Origin: Rhodosorus marinus CCMP1338
Lineage: Eukaryota; Plantae; Rhodophyta
DNA: 64,000 bases
Assembly (NCBI GenBank): GCA_029953675.1
Contig: JAMWBK010000006.1
Location: forward strand, 868,001 to 932,000
Direction of reading: 5' to 3'
A program made the position numbers and the translations under genes. The notes under the pieces were generated by a model. The model was not told the DNA's origin. It was given only the letters and a program-made list of their open reading frames with translations, and did no database searches. This document shows positions 46,106 through 58,900 of this stretch, in pieces. Every line of letters begins with the position of its first letter. Positions within the stretch are counted from its first letter, which is position 1.

Positions 46106-47072
46106 CTATGCTGCAACTCCACTTCGAAGTCTGGGCGCCTTCCGCTTTGGCGTAGAGTCTGGCTCGGCCGCGACACCCTCCTGAAAAACATTCGGAAGCA
46201 GCAGAAGTCGTATAAATATGTTCAGGGACGGGCTATCAAGACCGGGGTGAACGATTTTCTGAACAACGTTTCAAGCAGTGCTAAGGCGTACCTCTCTCTG
46301 TGTCAACCACATTTCAACGTGGCACGGATGGTTCATGAACGCGTTGATTCTTCCGTGGGCTCTGTAAGTTCGACGTCTACCTTGCATGGCCTTGTTGACC
46401 TGAACGTGCTCGATGAACATTTGGTCGGGGTTGAGTTCCTTCATGGTAGCATTTCCTTCGGCGTTCTTCAGAAGCGAAAGCATGAACTCGCACGACTTGA
46501 CTGGCCACCGACCGTTGCAAACCTGCCAGGCACCACCCATAACCAACAAGTTTAGAAGCCAAGTCACGGTCATCGATTTCACAACCTGTATTCTCGAGCC
46601 TATGGAGGAGCCCTTTCCGGGCCAACTGGGCACCCTCATCCCTCACGCCCACCCTCTCGCCTCCCCATAGCCTCACAAACTTCACCAGACGCATCTTACC
46701 TTGTACTTCTTGCACTGAGCCTTGCGGCCGACACCATATCGGTACCTCTTGAAAGGAATAATATCCTCCTTCTTCATGACCTTCTCAAGATAAGCCTGCG
46801 CATCCTTCAACGCCATCCCCTTGATCGCCTGCGCAGTCTCATGGGTGTTCTTGAACTTGATCCGAATGTCTTGCCCACTCGTCTTGCAAGCTATAGGATA
46901 AACAAAAAAAAAAAAAACCAAACCACCAATACAATAGCGGGTCAGCAAAGGAAGACGCAGTCGAATCGAGAGAGACCAGACGACACAATGCCAAAAACCA
47001 GCCCTCCCAAGAAACAAAATAAAACTTACTGTTGCTGGAATTCTCCGGCTCCCTAGAGTAACGCTTCACCAT
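46106..47072 (-). CDS. RPL17: 60S ribosomal protein uL22 (L17)
   Basis: Exons 47072-47030, 46890-46700, 46522-46292 and 46180-46106. [33 protein letters not shown]. Confidence 0.97.
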
Positions 47073-48878
47073 CTTGTCCTAAGTATTCCTCTCCCGCCTA
47101 CAAGAACACAAGCCTACCCTCCTTCCTCAACCTCCTCACCCCCACAAGTCCATCTACTCCAAACCTAATTCCCCCAAATTGACTCCTTCCCCCAAGAGAG
47201 CCCAACGCGCCAACGGCCGCGTACTCCGTCCGAAAGCACTCGCCCTGAAGTGCTACCAAAAAAATAAACAAAACTCAATACCTTTGATAAAAGGACAGAC
47301 TGTCTATCCACTGATATTTGTTTTCCATTATTTTGAAGCGCTCGTAGCAGTTTTTCAGGCCGTTTTTGATGGAAGCGTTTTTTTATTTACGAAAAGGGTA
47401 TAGGTCGTCGACGACGGCGTGGTTTTTATCCTTTTTTGGGGGTCGCATTGTTGGGAATTTGTTGGAAAGGGATGAATTCTAGGGGTTACGAGGAAACTAA
47501 AAATGTGGAAAATAATGTTTTTAAAAACTTTTATGGATCTTTTCTGTGTCGAATTTGGCGGTTTGAGTTACCGGTGGTTTTCGAGGTAATAATTTCATGA
47601 TCCCTATTGGGTAGCTGGGATATAGTAAGGTATGTTTTGTACTATAATACTAATGACTATGTTGAGCTTGTGGGGGATAGTGGAAAGGGAAGACAAAGCA
47701 AAGACCGGGCGTTGTCGACGGGACGTGGGGAGGGTTGGGGTGAGAGCTGCTAACCTCAAACGGCGGAGAGCAGGCTCTCCTGAGGAATTAGAAATCCGAA
47801 CCGCCAAATCAAGTAAGCTAAGACTCTGCGAGTCCGAGGGACCGAAAGTGTCAGGGAAGAAACGGGGGTTGGAAGTTTGACCTTGCCGTTGTTCAAGACG
47901 GGCTGCTGTTAGCTGTTTTTTTTTTGCTGGGATTTGACTCGTCTCACGTTGGCTGCCGTGACCTGTGTGGAAGGGGATGTCCGCGGCTTCTTTGCTTGCG
48001 TATGGAGGGATAGGGGATGCCAAATTCAGCGAAACGGCAGGTCGAGAAATGTGGAAAGTTGAATCGAGAGCCAGTGGGGGCAACCCATGGAACCTCTGTG
48101 GCTTGTGCTGGTCAGTCTAGTTATACGATATAGTACTAAGTCAGAGAAGCATCCGGCACAGTCTAAATTCTGGGCTATGTCAACGTCGATCAGTGGGTTG
48201 AAAACAAGACTGGCCCACCAGCAGTAGAGCACACAAGCCTCGCGAAATCACGCGTTTGCGTTATCTCCCGTTGAGGATTCTGCAAACTCCCCGGGTGATC
48301 ATCTCTGTCCCATGTACGGCATTCTTGGCCGAGATGTAGATTCTCCTTAGTGGTCCCTTTCCGAGCTTCTCTGTACTGAATGGACAAGTGCCCATGGCCT
48401 CCAAACGTTGGAAACTTATCTATATGGAGGTTTTCTGTTTCTTCCCGATGTACTGATAGAAAACCTTGAGAATGTGGCAACCTCCCTGTAGTTTGGGAAA
48501 CACAGTGTTAGTACTGATATATGTGTTTTGCGCTGGGTGTTCCTTGTCTCGGTCATTTCGCCGTGGTCTCCTAGGGACTACAGGGAGAGACCCACGGGAA
48601 GCCTTCCAGTGATCAGCTGACTCTTAAGCGCACGTTCCTACTCATTTCGTACTTCGATGTTGCGATTTTGTTCTCAATACTTTATGTTTACTCCTCCTCT
48701 CCAATGCAATACCGCAGCTTGTCAGAAACGGAACAGATGTTCATCGTCGTTCACCCACTTGTCGGACTGGTCGGCGTTTCCAAAACTGAAGAGCAGCCAA
48801 GAAACCAAAAAATAATCACGAATAAGGAAAACTCGATCTACCTTTAACTCTTCATCCTTAGCCAAGGTCCCAGCCGAC

Positions 48879-50266
48879 TTAAACCATCGCCGCAGCAGCT
48901 TTGGCCTTTGACGACAAGCCTACAAGCTCAGTGCTGCTGGCAATCTCCTCTCTTGTAGAGCCAGTTGGGATGTCAGGAATGGAGTACCACTTGGTGGGTA
49001 CGGCCATGGCCGGTAGAATGCTCTGCGCATGGGCTCGAAGCCACTTGTCCGTAAGTCTCGCACCTGGGAGCCCGGAGCAATGTCGTTTAGCTGTTCTACA
49101 TGAAACAAAGGGGATATGAGGTTAATTGGTGGTTGCACATACCGGCCTTGGTTTGCACCGCCACGGCAATCTCCTGTCCAGAGTTTCCGTCTCCGACCGG
49201 GAAAGCAACTGCCTTCTCTACACTTGGGTGCATCGCCATAGTTTGCTCGACGTCAAACATATCCACCCGGACTCTCTTCTCAACGCTTTCAAGATTGGCA
49301 GGCACTTGAGCTTGGAACTCTCGAACAATTCTCTCCGATTGCGGTGGGACGAGGGTACCAGCGCCGTCCGCAACACTAGCGGCAAGGGTGGCCTGCGCAG
49401 CGACTGTGCTCGCTGCAGCGCCAGACTGTGACAAATGAGGAGATGAAACCTCAGACGTTTGCGCGCTTCCCTATTGTGCGAGTGAAGTCTCACCTGCAGA
49501 ACAAGCTTCGATGTATCGCCCAGGATTTCGCTGATTTGAGAAGTTTTCACAACCGCATCTTGCGCAGTATCGTTCGCTTCCGCAGCGGTAGCCGCAGTCA
49601 AAATGGCCGCGCCCTCAGTTTCCTCGAGTTGCAACTGTACCGGGGCAGGTTTGGGTGATTTCTCTGCGGCAACAGCGGTCTTGGCAAGGGCGTTTACTTC
49701 GCTCATCTGCCCAATCTCGGTGTCGAGCTGGTTTACGTGAGTAGCAAGCTCGTCAACTGAACGCTTATAGTCCCTCTGGAACTCTTGCTCGTACTTGGCC
49801 TGTTGCATCGCAACTTCATCCAGTTTCGCGCGGAGATCACCCCTGTGCTCTTGATCAAACTGCTGTTGCGCAGCCGACAGTTGGGTTAGCCTAAAAAGGT
49901 TCAGCCAAGCAAACGAAGGATTAGCTATTTTCTACGAGCACTCGCACTGGGAACAACGGCACGGGAGACGATTGCATACTGTGATATCTTTCGCCGGAAT
50001 TCAACTTCTGATTCTTCCATGAACTGCCGCTCTGCGTTCATTCGGTTCGCTCGGAGAACCACTTCGCGATTTACTCTCGTCAGTTCCTCGGCCTCTTTCT
50101 CCGCCACTCTACTGCGAGTCTCGTCCTTCAACGACTCGAGGATCAAGTCCCGCCTCTTCAGAACATCCTCCGAAATCACAGCAGGAGCTGCGGGGACCGC
50201 ATCTTCCACTATGCTAGTCCCGAGTCCGGATGTCGTCAGGTCCGCCGCTTCCATATCCTTCTGCAT
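48879..50266 (-). CDS. Coiled-coil plus AMP-binding C-terminal subdomain protein (partial paralogue of 51482-54662)
   Basis: Four exons with open frames and the same intron positions and phases as the last four exons of the upstream gene; MHPSVEKAVAFPV is shared. Stop TAA at 48879-48881. The 5' end is uncertain (first ATG 50266; short upstream exons are possible). Confidence 0.75.
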
Positions 50267-51481
50267 CGCTTCCAGGCGCGTACTGAGACGTTACAAATCC
50301 ATCGACAAATCTGTTAGCTCCGTTCCGAAAACGTTTTACTCCACTTCGGCCTCTGCACACTCACCCGCGTGTACTCAATCCCAAAAGTCCGTCCTAGTCT
50401 AACCCACGATGTCTACCTGGACTTCCTCCAAGTCTATCAAACCAAAAAAGAAATATAAGACAAACAGAAAGCTGGTTATGGTTCTTACTCGCTGGTTAAG
50501 ACAGCATTTGATGGTTCCTAGAGAAAACAACAACAAAATAACAGTCGTCTTAGGATCGCTTTCAAGATCCCTAAACGCAATTCCCTCCCCACCCCTTGCT
50601 CTCCTTCCCTCAAACAGAGTCTCCCTCAACCATTGCTCATCAACTGCCTCTCCAAAAAACCCACCCCATGACCGTTTCCATTAAAAACCCCAATAAAAGG
50701 CATAAAAAGCCACACCAAATTTTCATTCTTTTTTCCAGGGGGCATAGGAATTCATTGGTTTTTTCAGATTTTGTTTTTAAAAAAATCAAAGTCCCCGAGT
50801 TTTTACCTTTCAGCACCTTTTTCCAAAAATCATTCTCTGAATCCTGAAGGGGTGCTGATGGGACCATGTCGAAGGAGTTTGTATATTTTTTAGTAAAGTA
50901 TTCCCAAGATATCTGGAGTATTTAAATATGTTGGCGGTTGCTTTGTACCCCCTAGCCGCCGGAGAGTTTGAATTCGCTTCTTTGTGATTGGTCAGGATTT
51001 ATTGTAGTACGGTAGTAGCAATGTACTAATCTTCTGCCGCGGGGTTAAGTTTTGGTGTCCCAGCGAAGTGGCAAGAGTGGGATGTGGTTTCAGGCGCAGC
51101 GGTGCGAGGCCGAAAGCGGCCTGAAAGTTCGCACTTTACTTAGCCGCAGTGCATGCCCTTGAGCTTCCAAGAATCATCAGCGGTGCTGTGTGGCTTTCTC
51201 GCAGGTGAGCTTACTACAAAGGTCGGTGTTGTGTGGTGAGGAGCTTCTCGTCCTGAATATATGATATGTTTATTCCTCGTCCCTAGAGTCGCGAAACCGG
51301 AAAGAAGGAGATTAGCAACCAATGCTTCTGCCGCCCCTAATGTGCTGTCGTTCACCACGCCAGCGTCCAACCAGCCGGTATCTCAAAACTTTGCAGAGCA
51401 GCAAAGAATGCAAACAAAAAGGAAAGCAAAAATCTCATCTACTGTGGAAACACCCCGCGATTGCAGCCCCGAGCTCCGAAA

Positions 51482-54400
51482 TCAAACCGCCATCGCGGTC
51501 GCTTGCGCTGGTGCTGCAAATTCCACCAGCTCATTGCTGCTCGCGATATCTTCTCGGGTAGCTCCAACTGGAATCTCAGAAATTGAGTACCACTTCGAAG
51601 GGACTGCAATGGTCGGTAGAATACTCTGAGCATGGACCTTGAGCCATTTGTCAGTGACCCTCGCGCCTAAAAGCAACGAGAAGCGTCCATTAGCATGCTA
51701 CGTACAAAACCGAAAAGCCAGAGGTGGATGCAGCTGTTCTACGCAATATACACATACCGGGTTTGGTCTTCACAGCTACCGCAATCTCAGGGGCGGAACT
51801 CCCATCTGAGACAGGGAAAGCGACGGCCTTTTCTACACTTGGGTGCATCGCCATAGTTCTCTCGATATCAGCCATTTCCACCCGAACTCTCTTCTCAACG
51901 CTATCAAGACCAGTCGGAACTTGAGCTTGGAATTCCTGAACAATTCTCTCCGGTCTACTCGGGACTAGATAGCCAGCATCATGGGCTGCGTCAGCCGATT
52001 TGTTGGCAAGCACAGCAGCACTAGCCGCTGCAGCTCCAGCCTATGGCAAATCACACAAATAGCAGTTCAGCTATTGGAATTTTTTGATGAACGTGTGCTC
52101 CCCGCAACAATCTCACCCCAACCGCTAGTGTGCCTGCCTCTGCAAGCATGCCATTCGTCTTGGAAGTAGTTCCGACAGCATCCTTAGCATTTTGTTCCGC
52201 TTCTTTGGCTTGGGTTGCGGCAGATATTGCCGTGTTCTCAACGTCCTCTGTTTGAAGATGGACAATGGCAGGTTGCGATGACTTATCGCTGAGCATGGCC
52301 GTCTTCGCGAGGAAGATGACTTCGCTCAGCTGTCCAATTTCAGCATCAAGCTGGTTCAGCTCAGTAGCCAACTCGTCAACTGACCGCTTGTGATCGTTGT
52401 GGAACTCTTCCTGGTACTTGGCTTGCAATCTCGAAACCTCGCTAAGCTTTGCCAATAGATCACCCCGTGTCTCCTCATCGAATTGCTGCTGCGCCGCTGA
52501 CAAGGAGATAAGTCTGGGTAGTGACGAACATCGAAAATCCACAATGTCAGATTAGCACGCTCTCAAAGGATTTCAAAGACGCGAGACCGTCAGCTTTTGA
52601 GTGCGTACTGCGATATCTTCTTCCGGATGCCGACTTCTTTATCCTCCATGAATTCTCGCTCGGAATTCATTCGACCGGCTCGCAGATCTAGCTCGTGATT
52701 TGCTCGCCTCAAATCTTCCGCATCCTTCTCCGCAACCATGCGGCGAGACTCGTCCTTCAGAGACTCCAGAACCAACGCTTGCTTTCTGAGCATGTCTCCG
52801 GATACTAAGCCGGTGTACGCCTGATCCTCTCCTTCAAGGGCACTGGTCACAAGTGCGGAGGTTGTCAGGTCGGCACCTTCCAACTCCTTTCTCATGGCGT
52901 CGGATTCCTTCTGTGGGAAAGATGATGCCTGTTGGAACAATTTGCGAGCGTGGTGAAGCGTTATTGTTCAGCCAATTGTCATCGGCAAAGGTCAATATCT
53001 TTCTCTGAAACAGTTGGCAACATGCTCACGAAAATCGCAGCTCGCGCAGATGCTCCAGCCACTTCAGTCATCTTCCTTGACTCCAGGTCAAAGCTAGCCG
53101 CTCCGGCTGCAGACAGAACTGACGTCTGTGAGAGGAGATCGTAGGCCACCTTGAGATTACCCTCACTGTCTATTTGACCTCGATCGCCAGTTAGAAACCA
53201 GACTACCCCTGTGCATAGACAGCGACAGCGATTGGAGGACTTAGTTAGATACAGTCAACGTCCGACATTCTGTGAAAACTTTGGTACTCTACCTTCAGCG
53301 TCTGTGTAAAGCGCAGCTTCGTTCAAAGTAGACTGGCCGATGTAGCCAACCGGGGCTACCATTTCTCCAGCAACCGCAATGTCGCCCTCAACGTCAACTG
53401 GTGAGACCTCCTTATTATCGTCAAAAATACGGAGTTGGCAACCCGCTACCGGCTTCCCTTGGGTTCCAACAGCTTTATCTTCCTTCACAACTGCTGTAGC
53501 AATTCCTGATGCTTGGGCGGGACCATAAGCCTCAAGAATAGAGGTTTTCAGGACTTCTTCAAGCGTCTGCACCTCAGTCTTGATTGTACCTGAAAACCAT
53601 GACACAGGGGATTCCTGGTCAATTCATCTAGTCAAACCATTCAGCGATTGGGCAGAGGCCAGGGAGAAGACGAACCTGGGCAGCTTCGAACAAACTCAAG
53701 GGCGGACGCATCGCTTCCAACCTCTCTTGTGTAAGTACAGATCTTCATAACATCAACAGCCGGCACACAAAGGTAGTTCATGCCGTCCTGCTGAATCAGT
53801 TCGGGGAGTTTGGAAACCACGAACGATTCTCCCGGGGTAAGAATCAGGCATCCGCCACTGGACAAGGAACTCACGAGGTGGAGAAGCCCGTGGACAGAAT
53901 GGACCGGATGTGCCAGAAGTGTGCAGTTAGTCTGATCAAGATTATACGTGGTCGTGAAGGCTTTTGCGGCACTGCTAACGACGGTGTGCGATACAGGCAA
54001 AAGAGTCGGGATGCCTTGCGATCGCGAGGATATAATAGCCGCTGGTTCCGACGGATCTTTTGTTCCGGAAGCTGGAGTGGAAATCGTTCCATTCTGCGTG
54101 TCAAGTACCACCTCAGCGGCACCCACAGAGCTTTCTACAGTCCAGTGTATCAACGACATAGCCTGAGCAATTCGGGCACAAACTTCGGATTTCTACGAAA
54201 AATGCGATGAGGAAGAGAAAATCAGCATGGAAAACAGATCAAAGCGTGCCTTGTAGCATCAAGTACCGTCGATATCAACACATTGGCGCCAGCGCTCTGC
54301 GCAGAGGAAGCAATAGATTCTTCGCTCGCATCGGGATCGACAAACAGTGCGGTTCCGCCCAAACTCTGAAGTGCAGCGAAGCAAACTACAGCCTCGAGGC

Positions 54401-54662
54401 TGTTCGGCAGCGCAAGAGTAATAATCGAGCCTGCACCAACGCCTGCACTCTCCATCGCGTTGGAAACAGATGCTACATTACCTGCCAGGTCCGCATAGGA
54501 GACATCGAACTTCTCTCCATCGCCCCCCGTTGGATAAACCTTCAACGCAATCGCTGTCCCATACTGCAGATTGACAATCTCGTGCAGAGAAGTCAGCTCC
54601 GGCATCGTGGTCTTCGAGCCGAAGAGCTTCTGGGAGATCGAACCCAACCCGAATCGAGACAT
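51482..54662 (-). CDS. Degenerate ANL-family (AAE3/Pcs60 oxalyl-CoA-synthetase-like) protein with a coiled-coil insertion
   Basis: Eight exons. LPNSLE, SVHGLL, EFVRSC, ILEAYG, GKPVAG, WFLTGDRG, then ~330 helical residues, then DIERTMAMHPSVEKAVAFPV and VPSKWY. Confidence 0.8.
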
Positions 54663-55957
54663 GTCTTGTACTCTTTTTTCCTCTCAACGATATCCTCAGT
54701 GCTCCATTCCACCAACTACTCCCCTTCTTCAGTCCCCTTGGAACACCCCTCTACCCTTTCCAAACCCCAACCCCTTCCCCCCTCAGTAGCCTTTCATTGC
54801 TTTGCTGCGATGAAAAAAAAAAGGCAGACCTCCGAAAAACCCACTCCCTCACCAATCCATTCAGGCCGCCCAAAACAAAAAGAAAAACGTCTTCGAAAAA
54901 CTAGTCGCCTAATTCGCCGGAAAAGGAATAACTCGAAACAACAAGAACAACTACTCCTTACCCATAGCACCAAACACCCAATCCAACCGACAAAGCTTCA
55001 AATCCCTCTAAAATATAATGTAATTATCAATTTACATTGGCAAGAACCAAAATTATACCCCTTGTTGCCGAATTCCGTTTGTAATGCATCCATTCGAATT
55101 CGCTCTTTTCTGCCTTTGCGATTTTCATATTTAACGATAAGTATTAAAAAAGGTAAAATTTTCTAATCAGTCATTTTAAGAACTCATTTTGATTGGGAAA
55201 CGGGACAGTAACTGGACATCTTCATGATTAATACAAATAATTTTAACTTTTTCTTCAAGTTCTTTTTGAAACCTGAAAACTATCTTCCCTTTTTTTTGCG
55301 CGCTGCCCCTCAATCTGAGCTTTTGTCGTATTTCAATTAAAACAATTATGGACGACCTTGAGACTTTGAAGCGTTTTCCTGTCGAGCTCAGATCCTCGAT
55401 CGGGCTCCGTCTATTTCGGAGATATTTTCCCCGATTATTTTTCCCAAAAACTTTACAGTTCCTGAATATTCGTTTTTGGTACTCAATAATACGATATGGG
55501 TGCGTAAAGACGATTTCGCCTATTGTTCTTCGGAGGACTACACCGCAAAAATATGAAGAGCTCTGAAGAACATGAGATTGAATCATGTTTACTAAATTGC
55601 AGATGGTTTTCAGATTTAGACGATATGGGATATTTTGAGAAAATAGCCAGAACTAGGACTTGCAGCGGACCAGATTGCTTATGACGAAAACGCTATTCGC
55701 TTAATATAGCCAGTGGATGGCTGAGCTATGTTCTATCTAACGAATCAACAAGCATATAATATAATAGATGATCATGTTAATTCTGGATTGGACCAATTGA
55801 TCACTTCATAAGGAGATGTCCAATGAATTGCTTCGAGATTGATTTCAATCTCATTTTGGCGAAGTTCACATTTGGGAATGGTGGGCGGTGCTCAGGCATC
55901 TCCTTGAGGTGTGGATGGGAACGGGAAAGACTTGTGTGAGAGTCGATGAAGGTTTCG

Positions 55958-58900
55958 ATGCAAGCAATGGATTTACCTCGATATCCATGCTTTGTAGTCT
56001 CGGTATGTGTACCTCTTGATCTTTGCCGAACGCCAGAACAGTCATGTGGGAGGAACTCGGGGCTTCGATGGCTGTCCGCGAGGAGGGTACGAGCGCCTTC
56101 AGACACGCAGCACGTCAACGACATGGGCGATCATACCGCTCCCAAAAAGAGAAAGTCGTAAGTAGTTTGGTTCTTGTTGCGGCTCCGGTGACACCATCGG
56201 TTCTCGAGATCGCGGGATGCGCTGTGCTGACTTTTGGATCCCTCATCCGCTGACGAACAGATGGGAGCAAATGTTCGAAATTACTCAGAGAATAGTCTTG
56301 GATGGGCGAGATGTCACTCCAGATGACGGTGATGTATACCGGTGGTTGAAGCGTCAACTCTCGCTCTGCAAAAGAGGGAAGCTCTCTGCTGAGAAGACTG
56401 AGAAGTTGAAGAAGTTCGACGTCTCAGTGAGACGTAACCCCTCACAAGCGTACGCGGTTCAATCTTCGCGATCTCTTAATGATTCCGAGATTCAGGGCAA
56501 ATTCACTGAATCCTTCCCCGTGCTTCGTAATGCAAAGATTCATGCAAAGATGTCAAGAGTACAAAGAGAAAATTGCCAACGGAGCGGATAAGTACGGACC
56601 AATGCCATCAGCAACGCCTTTGGGGCAGTTCTGTCATCGGATGAGGAGCCTTCGGGATCGAGGAAAGCTCTCGGAAACGCAGATTCGTCTATTGGATGAA
56701 GTAGGCTTTGTCTGGAGCTCGAGCAGGTTTGAGACATGGTTAGAGATGTTCGAAAGTCTCAAACAGTACAAAGCTGAGCACGGGCACTTTCGCATCGATT
56801 CAAGGAACTATCCAGAGCTTGCGAGGTACACGCCAATCGCTAACGGTTGATTGTTTTAGCTATACCTGTGTTGATTAGCGATGCCTTCGTTTCAGGTGGG
56901 TGGCCCAGACGAGGTACCACAAACGAGTTGGGAAGTTATCGAAACGTACTTTCCAAATACTAAGCTCAATCAACTTTGATTGGGAGCATTCCGACTATGG
57001 TCAAACTTGGGAGGAGTCGTTTGCAGAGCTCCTAGAGCTGAACAGCAGAACGGTCCATGCAGCTGACTTCACTAACACGCACGCTAGGCTTGGTAGATGG
57101 TTGAGGACACAAAGAATTCTAGCTAGAAAAGGTGAGGATGGCTTCTGGCAAGATGCGCGCAAACTACGAAGCCACCCTTTTCTGAAGATAACCCCAATTC
57201 TGCAGGATTGCTAGATCCCGAGCGAGAAAAGCTCCTCGTTAAGAACGGTATCAATATTAGGAAAAAGAAAACCGAGAGCGCTCTGTGGGAAGAGCGATTC
57301 CAAGAGCTCATGGCGTGGAAAGAGAAACATGGCGAGCTGAAGGCCCATCCCGGGTGTGCAACCTCGAACCCGAAGGCACGTCGATACTGTTTTTGCTAAC
57401 GAGCTTACCGTTCTTGGCTTTATTAGGAATCTCGAAGATCATCTGCACCGATGGATGCAGAGACAAAGACTGTTCCGTGCTCAGCTGAGCGCGGATCAGG
57501 AGCGGCGCCTGGGGGAGATTGGCTTTGTATGGGATACAGAGGAGGCGTGGGAAGGCACATACGAAGAGCTCGCTGCGTTCTATCGAAATCATGGTCATGG
57601 AGACGTACCTACATCAGAACCACTGGGACTCTGGCTGACTGATCAGGTGAGCAGATAAACCTTGTCAGCGCGCTCGAATGCAAAACTTCTGATTCAGCTG
57701 TGAACACTCATGAACTGACGAAAGTCTCTATACACTCAGAGCATGTACTACCACTTCGGCCGGCTTTCTGAAGATCGTCAGGAAAAGCTGCGAGAGCTCG
57801 GGGTTGACCTGGACCATATGTGGTCCCAGCTGAAATGGAGGAAAATGTATGCGAAGCTGCATGCTCACTACAAGACTCACAAATCTTCGGATGTACCGGT
57901 TACTAAGGTATGGAGCTCCCTAGCAGTATATTCGACGACGGTCGTTCCAAAGTAGCAAATTCACGAGATGAGGAGACGGCGCATGGACAGCGTATAGGCA
58001 AACCGAGCCTTGCCCGTCTAGCACAGGAATCAGCTTGATGCTTGGATGTTTCCCGCCGCAAACATGGACCTGGGGGCTTGTCTAGTTTGTTCATCATTTG
58101 CTAGTCTTCAGAAGTTCTACTTTTGCAACTACCAAAAGAGAGCTGGTTTTGCTATGGCTAGGTATGAGGTGCCGGCGTTGACTGGGCTAACTCGCTTGCT
58201 CTATGCACTTTGATTCTTAACAGGGTGTTCTGGGAAAGTTCGTCGCTCAGCAGCGCTCCCTGTACAAAGCTGGAAGACTGTCAGAATCCCGGATACGATT
58301 GCTCGAGGAAGTGAACTTCACGTTCATTCTGGGAATGGAGAAGTGGAGACAGATGAATGAAAAGGTCAAGGAAGCTGGCATTCGGAATCTCAGCCGTAGC
58401 TTGCGCTTCTGGTTGGACAAGCAGCGATCAAAGCATCGAAGGGGACTCCTCGCTGAAGTAAGCTTCTTTTGTGCTCGCGAACTTTCCCCCGATGAGATCT
58501 ATTAACCCCGTTTGCTTTTGCATACTGAAGGTACAAGAGAACCTACTACATGAGCTGGGCGATTGGGATCCTGATCTTCCCTGGGAGACTGGCCTCAGAA
58601 TGCTTGCGGACTTCAAAAAACTCAAAGGTATCTACGACAGATAATTTTCAGGGAGACCGTGGTTTGTTGAAGCTTATGGACTCCCTTCTCACCCATCGGA
58701 CAACATGTTGACGTATCGCTTCGGATAAGGCCACTGCTATGTTGCCCTGGAGGACGAAGGTGAGCTCGCAATATGGCTAACACATATGAGATGGATGCAA
58801 CGCCGCGGTGAACTTCCCGCGGATAAAGAATCCGCTCTGGCTTTACTTGGCGTGGTTTTCGACGTGGGCGAAGCAAGCTACTTGTCGAGGTTCCATCTGC

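Noticed and set aside
51100-51135. Hammerhead ribozyme
   Set aside because: CTGAAAG does not fit the CUGANGA core and the stem order is wrong.
54207-55166. 319-aa plus-strand ORF
   Set aside because: Antisense to exon 1 and the leader of the ANL-like gene; low-complexity and no motif.
55176-55586. AT-rich ORFs in the divergent promoter between the ANL-like and HA genes
   Set aside because: Composition unlike the coding regions of this genome and no motifs.
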